DNA from: Bacteroidota bacterium
Lineage (GTDB): Bacteria > Bacteroidota > Bacteroidia > B-17B0 > Aurantibacillaceae
DNA length: 64,000 bases
Assembly (NCBI GenBank): GCA_018267825.1
Contig: JAFDXR010000028.1
Span: 1 to 64,000 of the forward strand
Direction: 5' to 3'
The notes beneath the pieces are model-generated. The model was not told the DNA's origin, searched no databases, and was given only the letters and a program-made list of their open reading frames with translations. A program made the position numbers and the translations under genes. Below are positions 19,514-30,528 of this stretch, one piece after another (positions within the stretch are counted from its first letter, which is position 1; each line of letters starts with the position of its first letter).

Positions 19514-20797
19514 ATGAGCACTGTCCAAAAACCACTTCAGCTGAAAGTATCCAAACTAGCCGAAAACATTATCGGTTCCGAGATTATCAAACTGGCCGCC
19601 GAGGTCAATGAAAAAATAAAACAGGGAGAAAAAATCTATAACCTGACTATTGGTGATTTCAACCCTAAAGTTTTCCCGATTCCAGCTGAACTGAAACAAT
19701 ATATTGTTGACGAATATTTTGCAGATCAAACCAATTATCCGGCTGCCGACGGTATGCTCGAACTACGCCAGGCTGTTTCCAGACTTCTGAAAGAACGCGG
19801 AGAACTGGATTACAAAGCCGATGAGATATTAATTGCCGGCGGTGCCCGCCCCGTTATTTACAGTATTTTCAGAGCCCTGGTCGATGCTGATGACACCGTT
19901 ATTTTTGCAACACCAAGCTGGAATAACAATCACTATACTTACCTCAACAACGCCAAACCGGTTGTTATTGAAGCAAAGCCCGAGCATAACTTCATGCCCC
20001 GTGCCGAAGATATTAAACCATTTATTCAGCAAGCCACGCTGCTGGCACTTTGTTCACCCCAAAACCCGACCGGTACCGTTTTCAGTAAAGAAGCACTCGA
20101 AGCCATCTGCGATATGGTTCTTGCAGAAAACCTGCGCCGCGGCCCTGAACAAAAACCGCTGTATGTGATGTACGACCAGATTTACTGGGCACTCACACAT
20201 GGTAATACCAAACACTACAACCCTGTAACGCTGCGCCCTGAAATGCGTCCGTACACTGTATTTGTCGACGGTATTTCAAAATCACTGGCGGCTACCGGTG
20301 TGCGTGTAGGCTGGAGTATGGGACCAAAGGCCATCATCGATAAAATGAAAGCCATTCTCACACACGTGGGAGCATGGGCCCCGAAAGCCGAACAGATGGC
20401 AAGCGCCAAATACCTGGAAAACCTGTCGCTTTACGATGCCTTCATTGTAGAGCAGAAGAAGAAAATCAGCGACCGTCTTGACGGATTCTATAAAGGCTTT
20501 CAGCAACTTAAAAACGAAGGCTTCCGTGTGGATGCCATTGCTCCGCAGGCAGCTATTTACCTGACCATTAAATTCGATCTTCATGGCATGAAAACGGCCG
20601 GTGGTGATGTATTGGCAACAACCAAAGATGTAACCAAATACATTCTCGATGAAGCTAAAATTGCCGTGGTGCCGTTTTACGCTTTTGGTGCTTCGGATAA
20701 TTCGCCATGGTATCGCCTGTCGGTAGGAACCTGCAAGCTCGAAGATGTGGAGGCTGCCATAGAAAGTTTACGTAAGGCGCTTAAAAAACTGGCTTAA
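19514..20797 (+). CDS. PLP-dependent aminotransferase class I/II (aspartate/aromatic aminotransferase-like)
   Basis: 427 aa. PLP-lysine motif region ISKSLAATGVRVGW and class I fold pattern. Confidence 0.8.
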   Translation: MSTVQKPLQLKVSKLAENIIGSEIIKLAAEVNEKIKQGEKIYNLTIGDFNPKVFPIPAELKQYIVDEYFADQTNYPAADGMLELRQAVSRLLKERGELDYKADEILIAGGARPVIYSIFRALVDADDTVIFATPSWNNNHYTYLNNAKPVVIEAKPEHNFMPRAEDIKPFIQQATLLALCSPQNPTGTVFSKEALEAICDMVLAENLRRGPEQKPLYVMYDQIYWALTHGNTKHYNPVTLRPEMRPYTVFVDGISKSLAATGVRVGWSMGPKAIIDKMKAILTHVGAWAPKAEQMASAKYLENLSLYDAFIVEQKKKISDRLDGFYKGFQQLKNEGFRVDAIAPQAAIYLTIKFDLHGMKTAGGDVLATTKDVTKYILDEAKIAVVPFYAFGASDNSPWYRLSVGTCKLEDVEAAIESLRKALKKLA

Positions 20798-20869
20798 CAT
20801 TTCTTAATACCACTCGTACAATATTTGTAACGGTTTCATGCTATTTGTTGTATCTTAGTGCCTGCGTTT

Positions 20870-21958
20870 ATGAACAATCATTATTGCATTATAATGGCCG
20901 GTGGAGTTGGTTCGCGGTTCTGGCCAATGAGCGTTACAGCTCATCCAAAGCAATTTCTCGATATTCTTGGTACCGGGCGTACATTGATTCAGCAAACCTT
21001 CGACCGGTTTAAGGATCTTTGCCCGGCAAAAAATATTTATGTGGTCACCAGCGATATGTATGCCAACCTGGTTGCTACACAGTTACCCAATATCCCTAAG
21101 GAAAACATCCTGACAGAACCTTCCCGCAAAAACACAGCGCCTTGTATTGCCTATGCTTCTTACAAGATTCATAAACTCAATCCCAAGGCGGTGACGGTAG
21201 TGGCTCCTTCAGATCACCTGATTACCAAAGAAGACACCTTTATAAAAGCCATTCGTGCCTGCTATGCCAAGGCCGAAAGCGAAGATTGCCTTGTAACCCT
21301 TGGCATTAAACCCACCAGGCCCGATACAGGTTATGGTTATATCCAGTACAAAGAATCACCCGTAAAAGAAAAGGATAAACGCATCTATAAGGTGAAAACC
21401 TTCATGGAAAAACCTCAGCTCGAAATGGCCAAGCTCTTTATTGAGAGTGGCGATTTCCTCTGGAATTCCGGCATTTTTATCTGGACCACCGAAAATATCC
21501 TCAGTGCTTTTGAGAAAAATGACCCTGAACTGGCCAATATTTTTAAGGAAGGCTGGGCAGATTATAATACACCACGGGAAAAGGAATTTGTGAACCGGGC
21601 ATACAATACCTGTAAAAATGACTCTATCGACTATTCGGTTATGGAAAAAGCCGATAATGTTTATGTCCGTGAATCCATTATTGGATGGAGCGATTTAGGA
21701 ACCTGGGGCTCACTGTTTACACATATCCAGCACGATAAGGGTAATAATGCCGTTGTCGGGAAAAATACCATGCTTTATGACTGCAAAGACTGTATCGTTC
21801 ATGTTCCGAAGGAAAAACTGGTCGTTTTACAGGGTTTGGAGGACTATATCGTGGTAGAATCGGATGGAATCCTGATGGTTTGCAAAAAACAGGACGAACA
21901 GCAGATCCGGAACTTCGTGAACGACGTCAAAGTTCAAAAAGGCGATAAATTTGTCTGA
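20870..21958 (+). CDS. Mannose-1-phosphate guanylyltransferase
   Basis: N-terminal nucleotidyltransferase motif IIMAGGVGSRFWP. The ORF opens at 20858; the ATG at 20870 (MNNHYCII) gives a typical N-terminus. Confidence 0.8.
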   Translation: MNNHYCIIMAGGVGSRFWPMSVTAHPKQFLDILGTGRTLIQQTFDRFKDLCPAKNIYVVTSDMYANLVATQLPNIPKENILTEPSRKNTAPCIAYASYKIHKLNPKAVTVVAPSDHLITKEDTFIKAIRACYAKAESEDCLVTLGIKPTRPDTGYGYIQYKESPVKEKDKRIYKVKTFMEKPQLEMAKLFIESGDFLWNSGIFIWTTENILSAFEKNDPELANIFKEGWADYNTPREKEFVNRAYNTCKNDSIDYSVMEKADNVYVRESIIGWSDLGTWGSLFTHIQHDKGNNAVVGKNTMLYDCKDCIVHVPKEKLVVLQGLEDYIVVESDGILMVCKKQDEQQIRNFVNDVKVQKGDKFV

Positions 21959-22104
21959 AAATCCCTTCACTCCCTTCTGGTTTTGTTGAAAAAGCATTCA
22001 GTTTTTCAACATTTTAGCTCAAATTTGATTAAAAACGTCATTTTTTTACATGTTTTGTAAAAAACTCCATACTTTTGCCTCCACTAACTAAAAACAAGGA
22101 ACAC

Positions 22105-22611
22105 ATGAAATTAAACGAAATTCAGGATCTGATTAAATTTGTTTCAAAAAGCGGCGTTAATGAAGTTGAACTCGAAACAAAAGAAATTAAGATCGTTATA
22201 AAAACTGGGAAGCAAACTGCACCCGTTATTATGCAGGCTGCCCCAACACAAATGGTAGCGGCTCCCCAGGCTCAGATGGTAGCTGCACCGGTTCAGAATA
22301 CAAGCCCTGCTGCCGAAACCAAAGCCAATCCTCCGGCGGCAAATACTACAGCCACCGACGATTCAAAATACGTTACCATTAAATCCCCTATGATCGGTAC
22401 ATTCTACCGTTCAGCAGGCCCTGATAAACCACCGTTCGTAAACGTTGGCGATGATATTGCTGCCGGTAAAACGGTATGTATCATTGAGGCCATGAAATTA
22501 TTCAACGAGATTGAAAGCGATGTAAAAGGTAAAATCGTGAAAGTACTGGTAAACGATGCAACACCGGTAGAATACGATCAGCCTTTATTCCTGGTTGATC
22601 CAAACGCCTGA
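22105..22611 (+). CDS. accB: Acetyl-CoA carboxylase biotin carboxyl carrier protein
   Basis: Biotinyl-lysine motif IEAMKLFNEIE, with an Ala/Pro-rich linker. The ORF opens at 22075; MKLNEIQDLI at 22105 is the typical AccB start. Confidence 0.9.
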   Translation: MKLNEIQDLIKFVSKSGVNEVELETKEIKIVIKTGKQTAPVIMQAAPTQMVAAPQAQMVAAPVQNTSPAAETKANPPAANTTATDDSKYVTIKSPMIGTFYRSAGPDKPPFVNVGDDIAAGKTVCIIEAMKLFNEIESDVKGKIVKVLVNDATPVEYDQPLFLVDPNA

Positions 22612-22698
22612 TACAAACTCCCGGTTATCCGGTATTAAAATCCTGGAAAGGGATTGAAACGAGTCTGTAACCTATTGTTGAATTTCAAATCGAATCAC

Positions 22699-24039
22699 AT
22701 GTTTAAAAAAATATTGATTGCGAACAGGGGGGAAATTGCGCTTCGCGTAATCCGTACCTGCCGCGAAATGGGGATTAAAACGGTGGCCGTATATTCTACA
22801 GCCGACAAAGAATCACTCCATGTAAAGTTTGCCGATGAGGCCGTATGTATTGGCCCTCCTCCAAGTAAGGAGAGTTACCTGAACATGGCCAATATCATTG
22901 CAGCTGCAGAGATCACGAATGCGGATGCCATTCACCCGGGATACGGATTCCTGAGCGAAAATGCCCGTTTCTCTGAAATCTGCCGCCAGAATAAAATTAA
23001 GTTTATCGGTGCATCGCCTGAAATGATCAATGCGATGGGCGATAAGAGCAATGCCAAAGCTACCATGATCAAAAACGGGGTGCCTTGTGTACCTGGTTCC
23101 GATGGGTTGCTCGAAAGTGCCGAAGAAGGAATGCGACTGGCCAAAGGCATCGGCTATCCTGTTATCATCAAGGCTACAGCCGGTGGTGGCGGAAAAGGGA
23201 TGCGTATTATCTGGAAAGAAGAAGATTTCCAGGCTGCCTGGGATAGTGCAACACACGAAGCTTCTGCAGCATTTGGTAATGGTGCCATGTATATGGAAAA
23301 ATACATTGAGGAACCACGCCATATCGAAATTCAGATTGTGGGCGACCAGTATGGTAAAGCCTGCCACCTGAGTGAGCGCGACTGCTCCGTACAACGTCGT
23401 CACCAGAAACTGGTGGAGGAAACCCCATCACCGTTTATGACTCCCGAACTGCGTGATGCTATGGGCGATGCCGCTGTTAAAGCTGCACTGGCCATCAATT
23501 ACGAAGGGGTGGGAACAATTGAGTTTCTTGTAGACAAGCACCGCAATTTCTATTTCATGGAAATGAATACACGTATCCAGGTTGAGCACCCGATTACCGA
23601 AGAGGTGATCGATTATGACCTGATCCGTGAACAGATCCTGGTTGCTGCCGGCGTTCCTATTTCCGGTAAAAACTACTATCCGCAGCTGCATGCGATTGAG
23701 TGCCGTATCAACGCGGAAAATCCATTTATGAATTTTGCACCATCACCTGGGAAAATTACCACCCTGCACACGCCGGGAGGACATGGTGTAAGGGTTGATT
23801 CGCACGTGTACAGTGGTTATACCATTCCGCCAAACTACGATAGTATGATCGGTAAATTGATTACTGTAGCTCAGACCCGCGAAGAAGCCATTGCAAAAAT
23901 GCACCGGGCTTTAAGTGAGTATGTGATCGAGGGAATTAAAACTACCATTCCGTTCCATTTGAAACTGATGCAGAACGAGGATTTCAAAGCTGGTAATTAC
24001 ACTACCAAGTTTATGGAAACGTTCGATTTCAAGAATTGA
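22699..24039 (+). CDS. accC: Acetyl-CoA carboxylase biotin carboxylase subunit
   Basis: [27 protein letters not shown]-terminus and an ATP-grasp domain. The ORF opens at 22654. Confidence 0.95.
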   Translation: MFKKILIANRGEIALRVIRTCREMGIKTVAVYSTADKESLHVKFADEAVCIGPPPSKESYLNMANIIAAAEITNADAIHPGYGFLSENARFSEICRQNKIKFIGASPEMINAMGDKSNAKATMIKNGVPCVPGSDGLLESAEEGMRLAKGIGYPVIIKATAGGGGKGMRIIWKEEDFQAAWDSATHEASAAFGNGAMYMEKYIEEPRHIEIQIVGDQYGKACHLSERDCSVQRRHQKLVEETPSPFMTPELRDAMGDAAVKAALAINYEGVGTIEFLVDKHRNFYFMEMNTRIQVEHPITEEVIDYDLIREQILVAAGVPISGKNYYPQLHAIECRINAENPFMNFAPSPGKITTLHTPGGHGVRVDSHVYSGYTIPPNYDSMIGKLITVAQTREEAIAKMHRALSEYVIEGIKTTIPFHLKLMQNEDFKAGNYTTKFMETFDFKN

Positions 24040-24062
24040 TCGGTTGTTAAAACTGATATTAT

Positions 24063-24092
24063 AAAAGGCTACCCTCAAGGTGGCCTTTTTTT
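24063..24092 (+). terminator. Rho-independent terminator after accC
   Basis: Stem AAAGGCTACC/GGTGGCCTTT (one G-U) with loop CTCAA, followed by TTTTTTTAT. Confidence 0.6.
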
Positions 24093-24114
24093 ATGGAGTG
24101 AGCTGTAATAAGGT

Positions 24115-24151
24115 GGGTATAAAAAATAACCCGGCCATGAGCCGGGTTATT
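24115..24151 (-). terminator. Rho-independent terminator after recA (minus strand)
   Basis: Perfect 11-bp stem AATAACCCGGC/GCCGGGTTATT with loop CATGA. On the minus strand it is followed by TTTTTTATACCC. Confidence 0.7.
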
Positions 24152-24181
24152 TTAACAAAACCTCAAAACAAAAACAAAACA

Positions 24182-25234
24182 TTATTTATCGGAAGCCGCT
24201 TCCTGCATTAAAGCGTCTTTGATCTTATTCTCGATCTCCTCGGCCAGGTCAGGGTTTTCCATAAATAAATTCTTTACAGCATCGCGTCCTTGTCCTAATT
24301 TGGTGTCTTCGTAGCTGAACCAGGAACCGCTTTTCTTGATAATATTTTTTTCAACGCCGATGTCAATGATTTCGCCCACCTTGCTGATACCTTCTCCGAA
24401 GATGATATCGAATTCGGCCTGGCGGAACGGAGGCGCTACTTTATTTTTAATGACTTTAACACGTACACGGTTGCCGCTTACAACATCGCCTTCTTTTAAC
24501 TGGCTTACACGGCGGATATCGAGACGTACGGAAGCATAGAATTTAAGGGCGTTACCACCGGTTGTGGTTTCAGGGTTCCCGAACATTACACCGATTTTTT
24601 CGCGTAACTGGTTAATGAACATGCAGCAGCAGCCGGTTTTATTAATGGTACCGGTGAGCTTACGAAGGGCCTGGCTCATTAAGCGGGCCTGTAAACCCAT
24701 GCGGCTGTCGCCCATTTCGCCTTCGATCTCGGCTTTTGGAGTCAGGGCGGCAACGGAGTCAATAACCACGAGGTCTACCGCGCCTGAGCGAATCAGGTTA
24801 TCGGCAATTTCCAGGGCCTGCTCACCGTTATCCGGCTGAGAGATTAAGAGGCTTTGTGTATCTACGCCCAGTTTTTCGGCATAGAAACGGTCAAAGGCAT
24901 GTTCCGCATCAATAATGGCGGCAATGCCTCCTGCTTTTTGAATGTTGGCAATGGCATGAATGGCCAGAGTTGTTTTACCCGACGATTCAGGACCGTAGAT
25001 TTCAACTACACGTCCGCGTGGGAATCCACCGATACCAAGAGCGATATCAAGGCCGAGAGAACCGGTTGAAATAGCTTCCATGGGTTCAATGGCATTGTCG
25101 CCAAGTTTCATTATTGTACCTTTTCCGTAGGTTTTTTCAAGTTTGTCGAGAGTCAGTTGCAGGGCTTTTAATTTTTCGCTGCTAGCAGATTTTTTCTCCA
25201 TTACTTCCAGGGTGTCTTCTGATTTTTTTGCCAT
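24182..25234 (-). CDS. recA: Recombinase RecA
   Basis: 350 aa. Walker [10 protein letters not shown], loops L1/L2, and a typical acidic C-terminus. Confidence 0.95.
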   Translation of the reverse strand: MAKKSEDTLEVMEKKSASSEKLKALQLTLDKLEKTYGKGTIMKLGDNAIEPMEAISTGSLGLDIALGIGGFPRGRVVEIYGPESSGKTTLAIHAIANIQKAGGIAAIIDAEHAFDRFYAEKLGVDTQSLLISQPDNGEQALEIADNLIRSGAVDLVVIDSVAALTPKAEIEGEMGDSRMGLQARLMSQALRKLTGTINKTGCCCMFINQLREKIGVMFGNPETTTGGNALKFYASVRLDIRRVSQLKEGDVVSGNRVRVKVIKNKVAPPFRQAEFDIIFGEGISKVGEIIDIGVEKNIIKKSGSWFSYEDTKLGQGRDAVKNLFMENPDLAEEIENKIKDALMQEAASDK

Positions 25235-25351
25235 GATATATCTATTTTTTATTTATTTCTGCGTATCCTAAATTTAAGAAATCGGTTTTTCGCATTTCAG
25301 CGGAGTTATAAACCATCAGCCTTAATTTTAAACAAAGGTACAGGAAGAACG

Positions 25352-25377
25352 TAGCAAAGCCTTGCTACAAATTGTAG
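25352..25377. promoter_or_regulatory. Two overlapping palindromes, TAGCAAagccTTGCTA and CTACAAaTTGTAG, about 120-145 bp upstream of recA
   Basis: Perfect 6-bp arms in both palindromes. The position fits an SOS-type operator, or could belong to the lipoprotein gene terminator region. Confidence 0.25.
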
Positions 25378-25382
25378 TATTT

Positions 25383-25420
25383 TGTATAAAACACAAAGCC
25401 GCCCCGGTAGGAGCGGCTTT
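25383..25420 (-). terminator. Rho-independent terminator after the lipoprotein gene (minus strand)
   Basis: 8-bp stem AAAGCCGC/GCGGCTTT with a 10-nt loop. On the minus strand it is followed by GTGTTTTATAC. Confidence 0.55.
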
Positions 25421-25443
25421 CAGAGCATGGGTAAGAAAGATGA

Positions 25444-26220
25444 TTACTGTATGCTGACTTGTGCAATGGCTGCATTTCCGGTATTCAATGCATTATAAAT
25501 GGTCAGATCCGTATTGAAATCAAGGTATGTAGAGTTGTTCTGGTAGCCAACGCCCGCAGGATAAGCCACCAGGTAAATGGTACTGCCGGAAGGCAGGTTA
25601 TCGCCGTTGAGGAAAACAGAGGTTTGTCCAACTACAGAGTTCACGGTAGTTGTATTGGCAGGTACATTGATCGTATAGTTCCAGATATAGTTTGTAGAGC
25701 TTACTCCACTGGAAGTACCAATGAATATGGCTAGTTGGCGTGCTTTGGTATCGGCAGCGGCTATATTTGCCCTGATTTTGAGGCTGTGATTTCCGCCAAC
25801 CACTGTATCTATAGCCGTGATCGTATTTACCGACCAGGTCGGAACCTGGCCCAGGCGGATATCCTTGTTGATAGTGCCATTTCCGGTGATTTCAATATTC
25901 TGTTGTTTGGTTGCTCCATAGCCGCTGCGGCCTGTAATCGAAAGGTTATAAATCCCCGTATTCAGGTCCGAAAAAGCAAATTTCCCGTTACTGTCAGAAA
26001 ATACGGAAGCGGAACTACCGTCGATTGTCACTGCAGCAGAGTCGAGTTTGAAATACTGCCGCGTGCCATATTGATCATACAGTTGAATAAAGCCTTGCAG
26101 ATTCCCTTTTAAGACAGGGCCTGCCGGGCCGGTAGCTCCGGTTGCGCCGTCTTTGGGTTTTTTGCAGGAAGTAATCAGCAGGCTCAGAGCTGCCATGGAG
26201 AGTAGGATGGTTTTTTTCAT
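25444..26220 (-). CDS. Lipoprotein with a short collagen-like triplet tract and a carboxypeptidase-regulatory-like beta-sandwich
   Basis: 258 aa. Lipobox LSLLITSC. GATGATGPAGP is a G-X-Y tract. DSNGKFAFSDLNTGIYNLSI is a CarbopepD_reg-like motif. Confidence 0.6.
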   Translation of the reverse strand: MKKTILLSMAALSLLITSCKKPKDGATGATGPAGPVLKGNLQGFIQLYDQYGTRQYFKLDSAAVTIDGSSASVFSDSNGKFAFSDLNTGIYNLSITGRSGYGATKQQNIEITGNGTINKDIRLGQVPTWSVNTITAIDTVVGGNHSLKIRANIAAADTKARQLAIFIGTSSGVSSTNYIWNYTINVPANTTTVNSVVGQTSVFLNGDNLPSGSTIYLVAYPAGVGYQNNSTYLDFNTDLTIYNALNTGNAAIAQVSIQ

Positions 26221-26368
26221 GGAATTGGTTTATTTTTTCGGGAATTTGACTACAGAGGTTAAACAAAGTTTAAAGGCTGTTGAAATACAGTTGTAAAAAT
26301 GGCCGGCTGCAAAATCTGGAGGGGGTGTTTATACGTACATTGATCTAGAATCCGATTTCAATACACCT

Positions 26369-27103
26369 ATGTATATTTTAGTTTTCTTTCTGGCCCATTG
26401 GTTCCTCTCCTTATTCTGTCAAACTTTTTTCCTGCATCGCTATGCTTCTCATAAAATGTTCATTATGAGTCCGTTCTGGGAACGTTTCTTTTATATGCTT
26501 ACATTTTTAACACAGGGTTCTTCTTTTTTAAACCCAAGGGCTTATGCTATTATGCACCGGATGCACCATGCCTACAGTGATACCGAAAAAGACCCTCATT
26601 CGCCACATTTCTTTCGGGATGTTTGGCAAATGACGATGAAAACAAAGGACATATATCTTGCATATGCCAAATACAATGTGGAGCCCGAAAGGGCGTTCCA
26701 GGGTAAATACCCGGAGTGGAAATGGCTGGATAAGTTAAGCGACAGCTGGGTGATCAGGATTCTTTTCGGTGTTCTTTATTTTTTGTTTTACCTCAAATTT
26801 GCAACAGCCTGGTGGATGTTCCTGCTGTTGCCCGTTCATTTTTTTATGGGGCCTGTACAGGGTGCTATTGTAAACTGGTGCGGACATAAATACGGTTACA
26901 GTAATTATGATAATGAAGATCATAGTAAAAACACAGTACCCATTGACCTGTTCCTGATGGGCGAACTCATGCAGAATAATCATCATAAAAGCCCCAACAG
27001 TCCCAATTTTGCCAAACGCCGGTTTGAACTCGATCCGAGTTACCCGGTCATGAAAGTGATGCACTGGCTGCGGATCATTAAATTAAGAAAACAACCCGTA
27101 TGA
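26369..27103 (+). CDS. Membrane acyl-CoA/acyl-lipid desaturase (delta-9-type His-box family)
   Basis: 244 aa. Three His boxes: [15 protein letters not shown] and NNHHKSP. Hydrophobic segments are present. Confidence 0.8.
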   Translation: MYILVFFLAHWFLSLFCQTFFLHRYASHKMFIMSPFWERFFYMLTFLTQGSSFLNPRAYAIMHRMHHAYSDTEKDPHSPHFFRDVWQMTMKTKDIYLAYAKYNVEPERAFQGKYPEWKWLDKLSDSWVIRILFGVLYFLFYLKFATAWWMFLLLPVHFFMGPVQGAIVNWCGHKYGYSNYDNEDHSKNTVPIDLFLMGELMQNNHHKSPNSPNFAKRRFELDPSYPVMKVMHWLRIIKLRKQPV

Positions 27104-27429
27104 TTGTATTTCTCCGTGTTTTATTCAGTATCCTGCTTGTGTGGATGAGCTACCAGGTTATAGATACATCCCTGCGAAGTAACTTATTTGAGGAATGGGA
27201 TTTCCTGGCGGGGATTCCATGGATGAAAGCCACACTCTGGGATTTCTATACCAATGTGCTTTTTATTTTTATCTGGGTTTGCTATAAAGAAAACAACTGG
27301 GGTATGCGCATCCTGTGGCTGATCTTATTGTGCTGCCTGGGAAGTATTGCCACCTGTATATATGTGCTGATCCAGCTTTTCCGTATTCCTAAAGATGCCG
27401 CGTTAAAAACACTATTTGTTAAATCCTGA
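27100..27429 (+). CDS. Small polytopic membrane protein of unknown function within the lipid-modification operon
   Basis: 109 aa with three hydrophobic helices. ATGA start/stop overlap with the desaturase implies translational coupling. Confidence 0.5.
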   Translation: MIVFLRVLFSILLVWMSYQVIDTSLRSNLFEEWDFLAGIPWMKATLWDFYTNVLFIFIWVCYKENNWGMRILWLILLCCLGSIATCIYVLIQLFRIPKDAALKTLFVKS

Positions 27430-28216
27430 GCTTATGAGCCCTTATATTTTTATACCTCTGGTGAGTTGGGCACTTGTTGCCCTGATCATGATCCTTGTGT
27501 GGCTTTGGGCCCTCCGTATCAAGAATAACGGCGTGGTCGATATTTTCTGGGCCTTTAATTTTCTGGTGATTGCAGTTGTGATCTGGCTGCTTGCTGAGGG
27601 AGATCATGGACGAAAATTATTGGTGTGCGGCTTAGCGGCTCTCTGGAGTTTACGTCTGGGAACTTATCTCCTTATCCGTGTGGGCAGTCATTTAAAAGAA
27701 GAAGAAGGGCGCTACAAACAGTTGCGCACGGAGTGGGGCAATGCCAGGTTTTTTGTTTTCTTCCAGATGCAGGCACTTTCCAATGTTGTTCTGGCAATTC
27801 CTTTTTTTATGATAGCGCTGAACCCCTCTGAACATATATCCGTGTTGGAATACACAGGAGCTGTTATGTGGTTTTTAAGCATTATCGGTGAGGGCATTTC
27901 AGACTGGCAGCTTCAGCGCTTCAAAAACGATCCGGCCAATAAAGGAAAGGTTTGTGAGTATGGTCTCTGGAATTATTCGCGTCATCCCAATTACTTTTTT
28001 CAGTTAATGATCTGGGTTTCTGTTTTCATTTTTGCCTTGGCAAGTCCGTATGGATGGATTTCGGCAATTTGCCCGATCAGCATCGGTTACCTGATTTTCA
28101 AAGTAACCGGTATTCCTATGACAGAGGAGCAGTCGATACGCAGCAAGGGGGACTTATACCGTGCCTATCAGAAAAGCACCAGTGTATTTGTTCCATGGTT
28201 CAAAAAAACAAACTAA
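27416..28216 (+). CDS. DUF1295 family membrane protein (steroid-5-alpha-reductase / ICMT-like fold)
   Basis: GLWNYSRHPNYFFQ matches the DUF1295 hallmark. Multi-pass membrane protein. The start could be 27434, just after the upstream stop. Confidence 0.7.
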   Translation: MLNPELMSPYIFIPLVSWALVALIMILVWLWALRIKNNGVVDIFWAFNFLVIAVVIWLLAEGDHGRKLLVCGLAALWSLRLGTYLLIRVGSHLKEEEGRYKQLRTEWGNARFFVFFQMQALSNVVLAIPFFMIALNPSEHISVLEYTGAVMWFLSIIGEGISDWQLQRFKNDPANKGKVCEYGLWNYSRHPNYFFQLMIWVSVFIFALASPYGWISAICPISIGYLIFKVTGIPMTEEQSIRSKGDLYRAYQKSTSVFVPWFKKTN

Positions 28217-28228
28217 GCGAGAAAGCCT

Positions 28229-29257
28229 ATGTGGTACGAGTCTTTATTGGAGAAGAATAAAATTCCTGACAGCCTGATCCGTATTGGAATACGAAGATTA
28301 CTGGCACAACGGCTCCGCGATGAGAAAAAAGCAGATACGGAAGCGCAGCAGGCCCATTTTATGGAGCTTGTGAATGAACTGAAACAGGCACCCATTGCCA
28401 TACATACAGCCGATGCCAACCAGCAGCATTATGAGGTGCCCACGGCATTTTATAAATATTGCCTGGGTAAACATTTAAAATACAGCAGCGGTTATTGGAA
28501 ACCGGGTGTAATTGATATTGATACTTCGGAAAAAGATATGCTGGAACTTACCTGCGAACGGGCCGGACTGGCTGACGGACAGGATGTGCTTGAACTGGGT
28601 TGTGGCTGGGGTTCCTTGTCTTTATTCATGGCTGCCAGATACCCGGGAAGCCGCTTTACGGTTGTTTCCAATTCGCGTACACAAAAGGTGTATATTGATG
28701 AACAGGCCCGGTTGCGCGGAATTAATAACCTTACGGTTATCACTGCCGACATCAATGCATTTACCATTCAGCAGACCTTTGATCGTATTGTATCCGTCGA
28801 AATGTTTGAGCACATGCGCAATTACCAGGCATTGCTGCAAAAAGTATCGTCGTTTATGAAACCCGATGCCAGATTGTTCATTCACATTTTTACGCATAAA
28901 ACCTATGCCTATAAGTTTGAAGTGATTGATGACACGGATTGGATGAGCCGTTATTTTTTTACAGGAGGCATTATGCCCAGCGACCATTTGCTGATGTATT
29001 TCGCAGATCATCTATCTGTTCAGAAACACTGGCATGTAAGCGGTACGCATTATCAGAAAACATCGGAGGCCTGGCTTCGGAACATGGACCGCCATAAAGA
29101 CCAGATTATGCCATTGTTCCGCGAAACATACGGCGCAGACCAGGCTTTGAAATGGTGGGTATACTGGCGTATATTCTTTATGGCGTGTGCCGAGCTCTGG
29201 GGCTATCATGGAGGCGAGGAGTGGATTGTAAGTCATTACCTGTTTTCAAAAAAATAG
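28229..29257 (+). CDS. Cyclopropane-fatty-acyl-phospholipid synthase-like SAM-dependent methyltransferase (short form)
   Basis: 342 aa. SAM motif I VLELGCGWGSLS and a CFAS-family C-terminal region. Confidence 0.8.
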   Translation: MWYESLLEKNKIPDSLIRIGIRRLLAQRLRDEKKADTEAQQAHFMELVNELKQAPIAIHTADANQQHYEVPTAFYKYCLGKHLKYSSGYWKPGVIDIDTSEKDMLELTCERAGLADGQDVLELGCGWGSLSLFMAARYPGSRFTVVSNSRTQKVYIDEQARLRGINNLTVITADINAFTIQQTFDRIVSVEMFEHMRNYQALLQKVSSFMKPDARLFIHIFTHKTYAYKFEVIDDTDWMSRYFFTGGIMPSDHLLMYFADHLSVQKHWHVSGTHYQKTSEAWLRNMDRHKDQIMPLFRETYGADQALKWWVYWRIFFMACAELWGYHGGEEWIVSHYLFSKK

Positions 29258-29261
29258 AAAA

Positions 29262-30524
29262 ATGGAGCGTCTGGCAATTATAGGAACAGGTATAGCAGGT
29301 ATGGGCTGTGGTCATTTACTTCAGCAACATTATGATCTGACATTGTTCGAACAAAATAATTATGTGGGTGGGCACACCAATACCATCCGGGTAGATGAGA
29401 ATGGCAGGCCTGTGTATATGGATACGGGGTTTATGGTATTCAACTACGAAACGTATCCCAATCTCTGCCGCTTATTTGAAGAGATAAAAGCACCCGTTAA
29501 AAAAACAGACATGTCTTTCAGTGTGCAGCATGTACCAAGTGGGCTCGAGTATTGTGGTTCGGGACTGAATGGTCTTTTTGCACAGCGTAAAAACATATTC
29601 GATCGGTCTTACATCCGTATGCTGGGACAGATTGCCAGGTTCAATAAGGAGAGTGTTCATATTCTTGATAATCCGAAGTACGCCGATTACTCATTGGGAA
29701 AATATATCCGGGAATGCGGTTATGGTGATGATATGCTCTGGAAATACCTCGTGCCGATGAGTTCGGCAGTATGGTCGACACCCATGGAAGAAATGCTGGA
29801 GTTTCCGGCAGTAACACTCGTGCGTTTTTTTAAGAACCATGGTTTCCTGGGTTTAAATACGCAGCATCAGTGGTATACCCTCGAAAATGGCAGTCAGTCT
29901 TATCGTGAATTGCTTATTGCACCGTTTCATAACCGGATTCATACAACCTGCGGGGCGGTGCGTGTGGAAGCCTCTGAGCACGGTGCTAAAGTATACCTTT
30001 CGGATGGACGCCAGGAGTATTTCGATAAGGTTATTATGGCTTGTCATGGAGATGAGGCACTGCGATTGCTGGCGAATCCGGATGCCCTGCAGCAACGCCT
30101 TCTTTCTGCTTTTAAATATCAATACAATAAAGCGACTGTGCATACCGATGAATCTGTGATGCCCAAAACACGGCGTACCTGGAGCAGCTGGAATTACAGA
30201 ATTGAGAAACGGGGAGAGGCGTTATTACCAACCACTATTTATTGGATGAATTCATTGCAGGGCGTTTCAAAACATAAAAATTATTTTGTCTCCATCAATG
30301 CGCTTGATCAGAGCATAGATGAAAGGAAGATCATCCGGGAAATAGATTATGAGCATCCTTTGTTTGATGTGACTGCCATTAAGGCCCAGGAAGAGTTGCA
30401 TAAGCTTAATGCTACCGGCCCCTTATATTTCTGCGGGAGTTATTTTAAATATGGGTTTCATGAGGACGCTTACGCCAGTGCTGTGAACCTCTGCAACAGG
30501 ATATTGAATCCGACAAATACATAA
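29262..30524 (+). CDS. FAD/NAD(P)-binding amine-oxidase-like oxidoreductase
   Basis: 420 aa. N-terminal Rossmann segment LAIIGTGIAGMGCG and an amine-oxidase-like C-terminus. Confidence 0.8.
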   Translation: MERLAIIGTGIAGMGCGHLLQQHYDLTLFEQNNYVGGHTNTIRVDENGRPVYMDTGFMVFNYETYPNLCRLFEEIKAPVKKTDMSFSVQHVPSGLEYCGSGLNGLFAQRKNIFDRSYIRMLGQIARFNKESVHILDNPKYADYSLGKYIRECGYGDDMLWKYLVPMSSAVWSTPMEEMLEFPAVTLVRFFKNHGFLGLNTQHQWYTLENGSQSYRELLIAPFHNRIHTTCGAVRVEASEHGAKVYLSDGRQEYFDKVIMACHGDEALRLLANPDALQQRLLSAFKYQYNKATVHTDESVMPKTRRTWSSWNYRIEKRGEALLPTTIYWMNSLQGVSKHKNYFVSINALDQSIDERKIIREIDYEHPLFDVTAIKAQEELHKLNATGPLYFCGSYFKYGFHEDAYASAVNLCNRILNPTNT

Positions 30525-30528
30525 CCCG

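Noticed and set aside
22813-23403. 196-aa minus-strand ORF inside accC
   Set aside because: Antisense to a highly conserved gene. No features.
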